This document shows positions 9,144-18,379 of a stretch of 64,000 bases of DNA, piece after piece. The notes under the pieces were generated by a model. That model was not told the origin of the DNA, ran no database searches, and saw only the letters and a program-made list of their open reading frames with translations. The position numbers and the translations under genes were made by a program. The stretch lies in IMG/VR virus record IMGVR_UViG_3300042010_000106, positions 248,326 through 312,325 of that record; one strand, given 5' to 3'. The number at the start of each line of letters is the position of its first letter. The stretch's first letter is position 1.

Positions 9144-9791
9144 ATGGCCCGCAAGAAGAGCAAGAAGAAAGAAAAGCCCCAAGCGCCTATACTGGAATTC
9201 AAACGCAAGACGTTGAAACGCACGCATAAAGATTCGATCTATGTTACCGGCCAAGACATGGGCACAGCGAACTATGCTGTAACCCAAATCGAAGCATGGT
9301 TACGCGACGGCAAACTGCGTTTCCGAATCGTTGGCACCAAAATGATGGTGAACATGATTCACGACGTAAAGGTCGCGCAGAATGAATGCGCATTGTTTGT
9401 AAAAGAATACAGCGCTTTGCCTCCTGCTGACCATATCGCAGCCGAGCGCTACCAATCGCGGCCCGGTGGCAGCACTGGTTCCACCGTTGAAGCCATTTCC
9501 ATGATGCTTGGCGTTATGTGTATGGTTTGCCCTGATACACCAATCGAATTCTACACAGCGGCCACGTGGAAGAACGCATTCAACCGTACCGCCGCTGATT
9601 TGAAAGAAATGTATGAGGACTTAAAGGTCAAATACAAAGGCACCGGAATCGTCATTCACCAATTGGATAGTTTCTTTATCGCGTTGTATCACGCCGCTAA
9701 AATATTGGGCGTGCAACCATTTGATTTCATTCAATCAATGGCCGATGAAGAGCGTTTGTTTTTGGTTCTGCAAGATGCACCGTCCCTATAA
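9144..9791 (+). CDS. RuvC-like Holliday junction resolvase
   Basis: GQDMGTANYA, AERYQ and HQLDSFFIA: RNase H-fold D/E/D pattern. Confidence 0.7.
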   Translation: MARKKSKKKEKPQAPILEFKRKTLKRTHKDSIYVTGQDMGTANYAVTQIEAWLRDGKLRFRIVGTKMMVNMIHDVKVAQNECALFVKEYSALPPADHIAAERYQSRPGGSTGSTVEAISMMLGVMCMVCPDTPIEFYTAATWKNAFNRTAADLKEMYEDLKVKYKGTGIVIHQLDSFFIALYHAAKILGVQPFDFIQSMADEERLFLVLQDAPSL

Positions 9792-9843
9792 AAAATGTAA
9801 ATAAACCGGGTATTTGACAGTTTCGAAAACCCGGAGAATCACC

Positions 9844-10287
9844 ATGGACAAGCATAGCAACGACGGTATCATTTCCGCCTCTGTTGGGCCACGAAATCAC
9901 CCGCATCGTTTGAGCCGCGCAGCCGTTTCGCTGAACGGATCTTTCTCGCAATACATCGCAAATGAAATCCTTTACGCTGCATTCGATTTGGATGCACGCG
10001 CAATGGATGAAAAGCAGAACCCATATCTGCTGACGATTGGTTTCCTTGAAACGGCGGTGAACATTGCCGAAGTAAATGCAATGGCCCAGCGCGATTACGT
10101 GCCGGAACACATTACGTTCACCACGCGCAATCAGGAAAACCGAATCGTTTCTATTCGGACGTTCACCAATCTGAAGTTCCGGTCGTCTGCTGTCGGTTAT
10201 GCCGTGCATGCAAAAGACGAACGCCCGGTTCACAAGATTGTTTACACCGCCACGCTGTCTGATGCTCAATACTTTACATCGGAATGA
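9844..10287 (+). CDS. Hypothetical protein
   Basis: GGAG RBS; variant AATGTAAA motif at 9794. Confidence 0.65.
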   Translation: MDKHSNDGIISASVGPRNHPHRLSRAAVSLNGSFSQYIANEILYAAFDLDARAMDEKQNPYLLTIGFLETAVNIAEVNAMAQRDYVPEHITFTTRNQENRIVSIRTFTNLKFRSSAVGYAVHAKDERPVHKIVYTATLSDAQYFTSE

Positions 10288-10766
10288 ATTGCAAACAGTG
10301 TCCGTTGTACGACGGGTATAAATTCAAGACAAAATGTCGAATAGATACCTGCAAGTATTACACAGAGAGAACCAAGAACCATTGCATGGGACTTGATACG
10401 GTTTTCTCTGCGACGGAAAAAGGTGTTACTGACGCTGAGTTACGGTTTTTGAAAATACCGGAACAAACCAAGCGAGAAGCATTTGTCCTGCGCCGCGATG
10501 CACAGGAAAAAGTTCAGGCAATTTTGGCGTTGCACCAAGCCGCCTTGATTTGCCGGGAAGAAATGGACTCTGATGTTTTCCCTTTGGAGACGCCAGTGAC
10601 CACAAAGATTATGAAACATCCACTCTTTCACGATCCAGATATTGGATTAGAAGTTTGGATGCTCACGTATCTGCTAGACGCGAAATTCATGAAACGTGTC
10701 GGCAACCCGAAGATCCACATCCTGTTCAATGTTTCTGAAAAAGAGCTAGAACAACATCACTCGTAA
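10284..10766 (+). CDS. Hypothetical protein with Cys-rich N-terminus
   Basis: CKQCP...C...C...HC. Confidence 0.65.
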   Translation: MNCKQCPLYDGYKFKTKCRIDTCKYYTERTKNHCMGLDTVFSATEKGVTDAELRFLKIPEQTKREAFVLRRDAQEKVQAILALHQAALICREEMDSDVFPLETPVTTKIMKHPLFHDPDIGLEVWMLTYLLDAKFMKRVGNPKIHILFNVSEKELEQHHS

Positions 10767-10784
10767 ACACCCCGGAGAAACACA

Positions 10785-11462
10785 ATGCAAACCAACGCTC
10801 GCACCGCAAAACCAGTTCCAGCCCGTACCGCAGGCCGTAGCAGCGCAGAAATGCGCAAGCTGACCGTTGCCCAAGCACTGGCCGACAAAGACGATATCCA
10901 TTTGTTCGTAATGAACATTCAAAAGCCTGATGGCAACATCAACCTGACCGTGAAAGGCGACGACGGCACCAACCAATCGGTTGTGATTCCGAAAACTTTC
11001 ATTCCGTTGGACATGGGCCTGTTCATCAACCGCGATAACATGCTGAATAACCAGATTTTCCGTCGTCTGGTTGCTCGCGGTGATGCTGTTGTAATCGTGA
11101 ACACCGAAGACGCAATCAACGCCATCGAAAACAACCCTTCGGCGAAAAAAGAACTGAAGCGTATTCTGTCGGAAAACAACACTTACCAAGTGGCCGAAGA
11201 AGACGACGGTTTCATCACCATGAAAGCTTCCGGTAGCGCCCCGGTTTCCCCGGACAAGCAAGAAGTAATCCCGGATCTTTCCCCGTTCGCAATGGGCATC
11301 GTGCAACAAGCTGGCGAACCGAACGCCGACATGGCTGACCTGATGCTGGACATCGAAGGCCGTCTGCCGGATCTTTCCATGAATGATCTGGAATTCATCT
11401 GCGCCAGCGTAGAAGACGCCAGCCTGAAGCAGTGGATCGTTGATCAAATCACCAAGCGTTAA
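10785..11462 (+). CDS. Hypothetical protein, likely highly expressed
   Basis: 225 aa; GGAG RBS; strongly biased codons; followed by a terminator. Confidence 0.8.
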   Translation: MQTNARTAKPVPARTAGRSSAEMRKLTVAQALADKDDIHLFVMNIQKPDGNINLTVKGDDGTNQSVVIPKTFIPLDMGLFINRDNMLNNQIFRRLVARGDAVVIVNTEDAINAIENNPSAKKELKRILSENNTYQVAEEDDGFITMKASGSAPVSPDKQEVIPDLSPFAMGIVQQAGEPNADMADLMLDIEGRLPDLSMNDLEFICASVEDASLKQWIVDQITKR

Positions 11463-11469
11463 TTGAAGC

Positions 11470-11514
11470 AAAAAAAAAAGGCCGCAATCCCGAAAAGGAA
11501 AGCGGCCTTTTTTT
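11470..11514. terminator. Bidirectional intrinsic terminator
   Basis: A10-GGCCGC...GCGGCC-T7 between convergent genes. Confidence 0.85.
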
Positions 11515-11524
11515 CGTCTGTACT

Positions 11525-11815
11525 TTACATTGCTTCGATCAATGCAAGCATTTTTTCCATTGCTTCCTCGATACTTTCTTCTTCCTTGAGTAGAGTCAGC
11601 ATTTCTTTTTTGCGTTTGTATTCTTCGCCGAGCGACAGCATTAGACTGAACGCCATCGACTGTGAGCATTTGTCCGGGATACCGTAGTGCAGATATTCAG
11701 GACGAATACCAATCTCCCCAAACGCCCACAAAGCAGCGTCAACATCTTTCATTTTATCGAAAACTTTATTGAGCGATGCGATCATCGGGCCTGTTGCAAG
11801 TTCGGTGCTACTCAT
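11525..11815 (-). CDS. Hypothetical protein
   Basis: 96 aa; coupled to the primase stop. Confidence 0.65.
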   Translation of the reverse strand: MSSTELATGPMIASLNKVFDKMKDVDAALWAFGEIGIRPEYLHYGIPDKCSQSMAFSLMLSLGEEYKRKKEMLTLLKEEESIEEAMEKMLALIEAM

Positions 11816-12822
11816 GCTGATTTCTTCCTTTTGACAAATTTCTTTTCAGGGGTTTTTTCATAGACAATGGCTTTCACCTTGTCGATGATTTTCTGACTGG
11901 CGCTGTCCGGGTCAAGCTTGATCAGTTCGCCGTCTTCGTCTTTCTTACGCGGTAATTCCAATTCTTCAAATTCAATCTTGCCGTCACACACGCTGTGAAT
12001 AAGCTTCACCATTTCGCGGCCAGCTTTATCGTTATCCGCTAGTGTATAAATCTTTCGTATGCCCAACGAAATCAGCAACATCAATTTCGTTTCTGCAAAC
12101 ATTTTCGAACCGAGGATTGCGCAGCACGGGATTTCATTCTGTGCCATGCGTAACCAGTCACGCGGGCCTTCCACCAGAACGATACTATCGCAACCCCACA
12201 GGTTGTTATCCCGCATGTAATCGTAACCAAGCAGGCCGTAATTCATTACCCAATCGCCGCTGATGTTCAAATACGATGGGCCTTCTTTTGGTTTTTCCCA
12301 AAAGGCTTTCACTCCACCACGGAACCGCCCATTAATGTAAATAGGTAGTACCAACATCAATTCATCGCGCTTGTCTTCGTTGAACATGTAGCCTTGCACA
12401 GCGGAAAGCAAACTGCCTTTGTAACCGCGCCATGCTTTTTTCTTCGGCCACGGCAGAACAGCACCGCCCACCTCTTCGAACAAACGATCCAACGAATAGT
12501 TATTTGTGTTTTCGAAATCCTTACGGTACTTGCTGACACGCTGATAGGCGCCCGCCGTTGTACCGTTGAAAAACTGCCAATCTTTTACTTGGCGCAATCC
12601 CAATTTTGCAGCGAGTTTGTTCCAGCCGCCCCGCGCTTCACATGCCCAGCAGGAAAACGTACCGATACGAACTTTTGCTTCGTGTGACATGTTAATCGAA
12701 CACGATGGTTTCGAATCTTCGTGGAACGGGCAAACGATTTCAATGTTCGTTGCGGTTCGCTTTTTGTAGCCTTCAATCTTGTCTATTTCTTCGTTAATAA
12801 TAGTGAACGCATCTTCCATCAT
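11812..12822 (-). CDS. DNA primase (DnaG-type, CHC2 zinc finger + TOPRIM)
   Basis: CPFHED..PSC...CWAC; VEGPRD; ADND. Confidence 0.9.
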   Translation of the reverse strand: MMEDAFTIINEEIDKIEGYKKRTATNIEIVCPFHEDSKPSCSINMSHEAKVRIGTFSCWACEARGGWNKLAAKLGLRQVKDWQFFNGTTAGAYQRVSKYRKDFENTNNYSLDRLFEEVGGAVLPWPKKKAWRGYKGSLLSAVQGYMFNEDKRDELMLVLPIYINGRFRGGVKAFWEKPKEGPSYLNISGDWVMNYGLLGYDYMRDNNLWGCDSIVLVEGPRDWLRMAQNEIPCCAILGSKMFAETKLMLLISLGIRKIYTLADNDKAGREMVKLIHSVCDGKIEFEELELPRKKDEDGELIKLDPDSASQKIIDKVKAIVYEKTPEKKFVKRKKSA

Positions 12823-12862
12823 AACAAATGCCTCAAAAATACCAATTTACCTATAAGACGTA

Positions 12863-12870
12863 TTTACAGT
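12863..12870 (-). promoter_or_regulatory. ACTGTAAA motif upstream of primase
   Basis: Exact motif in the divergent intergenic gap. Confidence 0.65.
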
Positions 12871-12885
12871 TAAGGGAAGACCCAC

Positions 12886-14010
12886 ATGTTTAAGGATTTA
12901 GCGCGGGGTATTAAAGCTAACCGCCGCTTCACACACGTGGAATCCCACATGGGCCGCGTATACGCAGATGTAATGGAGAAACGAATTCTAACACCGAACG
13001 GTCGCGGCCCTGAATACCGCCCTTCGTCGTTTCCCATTTGCCCTGTTCAAGTTCACATGCAATTCATTCAAGCTGCTGAGTTAGGTTTCTATCAAAGCAA
13101 TATGCACGCGGGCGGTGGCTACTTCACAACCGTAGGAACAGCAGCGCACGAAAACATTCAATACTACATGGGCGAAACTGGAAAGGTTTACGGCCATTGG
13201 AAATGTCGCAATCCGAAATGCCAGAAGCATCACGACGCCCGCGACCTGTACGATGAAAAGGGTAAGCTGTATCGCCCCGGTAAAAACACTCGCGAAAACA
13301 CAACGAAGAACACGTGCCCGAAATGCAAGGTTGCTTGCGAGTACGTAGAAATCTGCATCAACTACAACGGTTTGAAAGGTCACGTCGATTGCATTTATGA
13401 AATGCCCGATGGAACCTATTGGGTACTCGACTACAAAACGAGTACGAAAGGCGCAATCAAAATGTCGCCTTCCAAGCTGCCAAAGCGCGAACACTTAATG
13501 CAGGTTCCAACATACTGCTACGTTCTGGAAAAGAAAAACGGTTTGAAAATTTCTGGTTTCTCTCTGCTGTACCTGAGCCGGGACAACCCGTTTGAATATC
13601 GTGAGATTGCACGTGACTGGAACAAACGCTGGCGCGCAGAAATCAAAGAGCTGATTTCCGACCAGAAAAAGAAATACCGTGCTGCTGTGAATTCGTTCAT
13701 TCAGAACAAGCCTGAAATTTCGATGAAGTGTAAGCCTTGCCAACGCAAAGGCGATTACGAAAAAATGATGCCCGCTTATGAACCGTGCCCGATGGAAGAG
13801 GTATGCTTCAGCAAGAATGATTTGCGGGACAACATGTTGCACGCGCTGAAGCCAGAACAATTGCTGCATCTGGTAGACATCACGAACAACATGGAAAACT
13901 ACATCGAAGACGAACACATGCCTGTTGTCAAAAAGGCAAAGCGCATTGAGAAACCTAAGTCGAAAGTGAAAAAGAAATCCACCAAAATTCTGAGGCTGAC
14001 AAAGCAATGA
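12886..14010 (+). CDS. Cas4/RecB-like PD-(D/E)XK exonuclease
   Basis: PSS...CP, GTAAH, GHVD, LDYKT, Q...Y, C-terminal Cys cluster (CKPC...CP...C). Confidence 0.8.
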   Translation: MFKDLARGIKANRRFTHVESHMGRVYADVMEKRILTPNGRGPEYRPSSFPICPVQVHMQFIQAAELGFYQSNMHAGGGYFTTVGTAAHENIQYYMGETGKVYGHWKCRNPKCQKHHDARDLYDEKGKLYRPGKNTRENTTKNTCPKCKVACEYVEICINYNGLKGHVDCIYEMPDGTYWVLDYKTSTKGAIKMSPSKLPKREHLMQVPTYCYVLEKKNGLKISGFSLLYLSRDNPFEYREIARDWNKRWRAEIKELISDQKKKYRAAVNSFIQNKPEISMKCKPCQRKGDYEKMMPAYEPCPMEEVCFSKNDLRDNMLHALKPEQLLHLVDITNNMENYIEDEHMPVVKKAKRIEKPKSKVKKKSTKILRLTKQ

Positions 14011-14729
14011 AAATTCGAATCAATCTAAAGGAAACGTCCACTGCCGGTAGCGTGTACAGCGCGCCGTCTATGGAAGCCCAAGAACAGCAATTGCCTAGCG
14101 ACGACGAACTGGCAATCCGCGACAAGGAAGAAGCCGACCGCCAAGAACAGCAAGCGGAAAAGGAACGCAAAGACGCTGCCAAGAAAGCAGAAGAAAAAGC
14201 GAAGAAACTTCCGCCTGCTGATAAAGCACCCGGTGAAAAACCTGCTGCTGAAAAAGATAAAGCAGACGACGAAGAAGAAGACGAAGAGTCGGACGACGAA
14301 GACGATTTGGATGAAGACTTGGACGATTCCGAAGACGATGAATCCGAGGATGACGAAGAAGAATCAGACGATGATGAATCCGAAGACGAAGAGGACGAAG
14401 AGGCAACCGCATCTAACGCAATCGCTCGCGTCCGTCCGTATCCAGATTCTTATGTCGAATCCATTCCCGATGCAATCTTGCCGGAAACACCACGTGAATT
14501 AACGCCTGAAGAAATCGCCGAGAAAGCAGAAAAGGAAAACGAAAAACCACAAGGCGATAACCCTGACGTAATCCTCCCCGACAAGCCGAAAGGCAATGAT
14601 GTCGGTGCACCGAAAGGCGAAAACGTTGCTGGTGATACGTCTGGAAAAGATGGCGACAAAACCGCAACGCAAGAAATTGCAACCGGCTCCGCACGCCAAC
14701 GCCCTTATCCTGATTGTTGGGATAACTAA
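14007..14729 (+). CDS. Acidic low-complexity protein (scaffold/internal head protein candidate)
   Basis: ~45-residue D/E tract; duplicated RPYPD motif. Confidence 0.7.
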   Translation: MKIRINLKETSTAGSVYSAPSMEAQEQQLPSDDELAIRDKEEADRQEQQAEKERKDAAKKAEEKAKKLPPADKAPGEKPAAEKDKADDEEEDEESDDEDDLDEDLDDSEDDESEDDEEESDDDESEDEEDEEATASNAIARVRPYPDSYVESIPDAILPETPRELTPEEIAEKAEKENEKPQGDNPDVILPDKPKGNDVGAPKGENVAGDTSGKDGDKTATQEIATGSARQRPYPDCWDN

Positions 14730-14736
14730 AACAAAG

Positions 14737-14793
14737 ACCCTCGTTAGCTAACGCTACCGGGGGTTTTTTCGTATGGCGTCCTAAAACTGTAAA
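14737..14793 (+). promoter_or_regulatory. Terminator followed by ACTGTAAA promoter motif
   Basis: ACCCTCG...CGGGGG-TTTTTT, then ACTGTAAA at 14786. Confidence 0.7.
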
Positions 14794-14817
14794 CTACACA
14801 CAGACATAGGAGGGCAT

Positions 14818-15993
14818 ATGGCCGACAAATCTGGTAAGAAAAAGACGTTTAAATCGGATACCGAGGCAAACGTTAAAGCTGCAAAGAAACCAAAGAAAGC
14901 CGAAGTGAAGGCAATTGGTTCATCGGAAAACCTGACAACAACGTATCGCCCTAGAACGCTGAAAGACGTTTACGGACAAAAGCAATCCGTTGCCTCGTTG
15001 TTGGGTACGTTCAAGCGCGGCAAGATTCCAAGCACAATGCTGTTTAGCGGCCATTACGGTTGCGGCAAAACCAGCATGGCAATGATCTATGCGCGAATGG
15101 CAAACTGCGCAACGCATGACCTTTGCGGCAAATGCTTTTCGTGTAAGTTCGAACGGCACCCGGACATCATCTATCACGACTGCGGAACGGACGGAAAGAT
15201 CGACGATATACGTTCGCTGATTTCCAAATCCAAAGCAAGCCCGGTAACGCAGAAACGCTTTATCATTGTGGACGAAGTTCACCTGCTGCGCGATCAACCG
15301 GAAAAAGCTTTGCTGGTTGAATCGGAAAACCCTTCGCCAAATACGGTATGGGTATTCTGCACAACCAACGTTGAAAAACTCGCGAAGACTCTCGTTAGTC
15401 GTTGCCTGCATTTGTATGTGAAAGCAATCGAACCAGAAGTTTTGGTAGAGCGCATGATTGAAGTGGCCGAGCTGGAAGGCGTCAAGGTCAAGAAGACAAT
15501 CAAGAAAGCGTTTCTCACAATCGCGCAATCGTCGAATGGTTCCATGCGTGAAGCGTTGGCAAAGCTCGACAGTTTCCTAAACGTTGTGGCGTCCGGCGAC
15601 GAATACGATCCTGAAGTTCTCAGTTCGTTTATGAGTGACGAAGACGGTAGCGTTGACGAAGTAGCGGCGCACGTGGTCGCGGGCATTCTCGACCTGAATA
15701 TAAAATACACGATCACCGCAATTCGTAAGAGCGGCGGTAATCCTCGCGCAATCATGAGCCGTGCACGCTGGCTGCTGGATTTCCTAATCGGGAAAGAAAC
15801 CGGTACAGCGAAATGGGGCGGCGCAGCATACAAAGCATTCGAAGGTATCGGCATTAAGAAAATCAACTTCACTATGTTGGTTCTCACACAGCACATGCTG
15901 GCCGAACTTGAAATCAAACTCAATAGTGTTTCGTTGGACGAAGCGGTTGTGTTTTATTCGTCTATAGGATCATTCATCGCAGAGCATAAGTAA
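14818..15993 (+). CDS. dnaX: Clamp-loader ATPase, DNA polymerase III gamma/tau-like
   Basis: YRP..L.D.YGQ, Walker A GHYGCGKT, zinc motif C...CGKCFSC, DEVH, SRC, GSMREAL. Confidence 0.9.
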   Translation: MADKSGKKKTFKSDTEANVKAAKKPKKAEVKAIGSSENLTTTYRPRTLKDVYGQKQSVASLLGTFKRGKIPSTMLFSGHYGCGKTSMAMIYARMANCATHDLCGKCFSCKFERHPDIIYHDCGTDGKIDDIRSLISKSKASPVTQKRFIIVDEVHLLRDQPEKALLVESENPSPNTVWVFCTTNVEKLAKTLVSRCLHLYVKAIEPEVLVERMIEVAELEGVKVKKTIKKAFLTIAQSSNGSMREALAKLDSFLNVVASGDEYDPEVLSSFMSDEDGSVDEVAAHVVAGILDLNIKYTITAIRKSGGNPRAIMSRARWLLDFLIGKETGTAKWGGAAYKAFEGIGIKKINFTMLVLTQHMLAELEIKLNSVSLDEAVVFYSSIGSFIAEHK

Positions 15994-15994
15994 A

Positions 15995-18379
15995 ATGGAA
16001 AAGCTATCCGTAATCGAATCGGCGCTGATGCTGTCGCTCAAGATGCACCCGAATAATCACGCAGTGTTTCACGCTCGCGCAGTCAGTGCCACCGTGTTGG
16101 AAATTGACCGTGCAGTTGCAGCGCTCAAACGTTTGAACTACGTCATTCAGGATAACTCGGGCCGTCTGACGCTGAACGAACACACGATCAAACGTGCAAA
16201 TACCGATTTGATGCACGCAGAACAAAAACCTGTCGTGCATCGGGTAGCTGAATCCGCTCCTGTTCTGCCCGTAACAAAAGCTGAAAAAGCAGGGGAAGCG
16301 CCCGTGACCGTTTATGGAAAACCAACACCGGAAACTTTGTTGGCGCAGTTGACCGTTCAACGCAACAAAGGCATGACCGCTGGCGACATGGCGAAACACT
16401 ACGGCGGTTACGATGGTCGTTCGCTGGTGCAACTCCTGCGCAAAATGAAAACAGACGGATTGGTTACGAAATTCGGGAACATGTGGTACGCCGCCACGCA
16501 GGAAGACAAAGTGGAACACATTGAAGTTCCGTACGAAACCCGGCGCGCAGTAACCAATAGCAACGAATTGCAAAAGCTGATCAAATTGCAGAAAGGTTGG
16601 TTCACTGCGAAAGAATCATACGACGAATTGTCGAAAGCTTTCATCGTGGACTGGTCACTGTTCTACGGCGTGTTCATGGAAATGGCAGGCGAAGGCCATT
16701 TCAACGTTAAAGAAAACGGCGTGTTGGTTTCGTACGAACATTCCTACGACGCAGACAACAAACACGCGAATTGCCGTTGGGATGACACGATCCACGACGC
16801 CGAAAAATTCAACAAAGTTGTGCAGGATTACATCTACCTTGTTCAGCAAGGCGGCTCGCAACGTTGGAGCCTTGAACACTGCGTTGAAATCACAAAGATT
16901 CAATCCGGTATGCTGTTGCACTGGTTTGAACTGGCCGGTTTCGACGTTGACGACATTGATTCGATTGGCCCGAAAGTCGCACCGGGATTCACGCCGTTTG
17001 ATCGACTGGATTCTGTGAAGGTTCAAGAATTCATCGGTGCTGAAGGTTGCCGCGTCACTGCATTCATGAAAGCGTTTAATCTCGATCCAGACACAACGGA
17101 AAAAGTCTGTTCGTTGCTGGAACTGGTGAACATCGCTCGCTACGATGCTGAAAACAAATTCCTGATGCTGCCTCAAACGAAAAAGATTGTCGAAGCACCA
17201 GAAGAACCGGCCCCGCGTGTAACTAGCGATCCTGTAACCGGTGAAGAAACAATTCAAATGATTCAGGAACCGAACGAAGGTTTCGTTTTCTTTGAAGTGG
17301 TGTGTGAAGCCAACCGCCCCGTGGCTGCGCACTATCAACTCGGCAATTCTTGCTTTAACGGCATGCCGATTACACCGACTGACGATCCAGAAATTTACAT
17401 GCTGCAAGTTCCTGATGCTTTCAAATTCGAAGCGGTTGATGTTGAAGGTATGTACGAACATGTGACGCACGATGAACCACAGTTGCATAAGCCAACTGCA
17501 AGCAGTCCACACTTCGCGGCACAGCGCATAGAAGAACGCGCAGCAGAACAGAAAGAAAATCCGCCTGAGAAAATGTATTTCAATGGCGAAAAACCTGTTG
17601 TTGATCCTGCACCTTTTACCGGCAACGAATCGTTCGTAAAAGAAATGGTGGCGCGCCTGCGTGAAACCATCGAAGGGGATAGCCTCGGCAAACGTGAACC
17701 AGAAGTGGAGCATTCCAGCATGTTGCAAATTGATCGTCCGTTGGTAGGCATGCACCTGTTCCGCACAATGGATTGCGTAGTCTCGGGTAACGTGCCTTTG
17801 CCTGAAACCGTTGAAGACGAAAACAGTCCGTATTTCGGTTGCAAAATTACCCCGTGCGATGGCGAACATATCGGCTACGCAACGATCACTATTGAGCCGG
17901 GGCACCCAATGTGGCAACCGCCTCGCTACGCGTACACGTCCGACAGGGACAAAGCCGTTTTCGGTGATTCAATTGTTCCAGAAGACGAAGACATTTTCGG
18001 TGCCGATGCTGACCCGCTGAGCAACGAACCTGACGGCGATCCTGAAGCAGAAGAATACGCAGCGAATTTGGAACCGCATTTGAAACATCTGCTGAAAGCA
18101 CTGGCAGGCGTTCCAACAAAAGAAGACATTTTCAAAATGGTTCGCGAAGCCAACGATACTATCCGCCGTGATTCTGCTTCTGCCGGCGTGAAAGGTACAC
18201 CAGAAAGCGGTGTTTCAATCGGCGCGTGCAAAGCAGCAAGCGGTGGCGGTACACCACTGCCTGTGCGTACTGTAAAGCCTGAGTGGACAAGCGGCCTCGC
18301 GCTCATTGCAGACCAACACAAACGCAGCAGTTCGACTTACAAACTGCTGATGGAAATCAAAGAGTATCTGGAAAAATGA
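15995..18379 (+). CDS. Large hypothetical multidomain protein (possible winged-helix segments)
   Basis: 794 aa ORF; only weak HTH-like patterns. Confidence 0.75.
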   Translation: MEKLSVIESALMLSLKMHPNNHAVFHARAVSATVLEIDRAVAALKRLNYVIQDNSGRLTLNEHTIKRANTDLMHAEQKPVVHRVAESAPVLPVTKAEKAGEAPVTVYGKPTPETLLAQLTVQRNKGMTAGDMAKHYGGYDGRSLVQLLRKMKTDGLVTKFGNMWYAATQEDKVEHIEVPYETRRAVTNSNELQKLIKLQKGWFTAKESYDELSKAFIVDWSLFYGVFMEMAGEGHFNVKENGVLVSYEHSYDADNKHANCRWDDTIHDAEKFNKVVQDYIYLVQQGGSQRWSLEHCVEITKIQSGMLLHWFELAGFDVDDIDSIGPKVAPGFTPFDRLDSVKVQEFIGAEGCRVTAFMKAFNLDPDTTEKVCSLLELVNIARYDAENKFLMLPQTKKIVEAPEEPAPRVTSDPVTGEETIQMIQEPNEGFVFFEVVCEANRPVAAHYQLGNSCFNGMPITPTDDPEIYMLQVPDAFKFEAVDVEGMYEHVTHDEPQLHKPTASSPHFAAQRIEERAAEQKENPPEKMYFNGEKPVVDPAPFTGNESFVKEMVARLRETIEGDSLGKREPEVEHSSMLQIDRPLVGMHLFRTMDCVVSGNVPLPETVEDENSPYFGCKITPCDGEHIGYATITIEPGHPMWQPPRYAYTSDRDKAVFGDSIVPEDEDIFGADADPLSNEPDGDPEAEEYAANLEPHLKHLLKALAGVPTKEDIFKMVREANDTIRRDSASAGVKGTPESGVSIGACKAASGGGTPLPVRTVKPEWTSGLALIADQHKRSSSTYKLLMEIKEYLEK

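Noticed and set aside
12886-14010. CRISPR-Cas system suggested by the Cas4-like gene
   Set aside because: No repeat-spacer array or other cas genes seen in the window.
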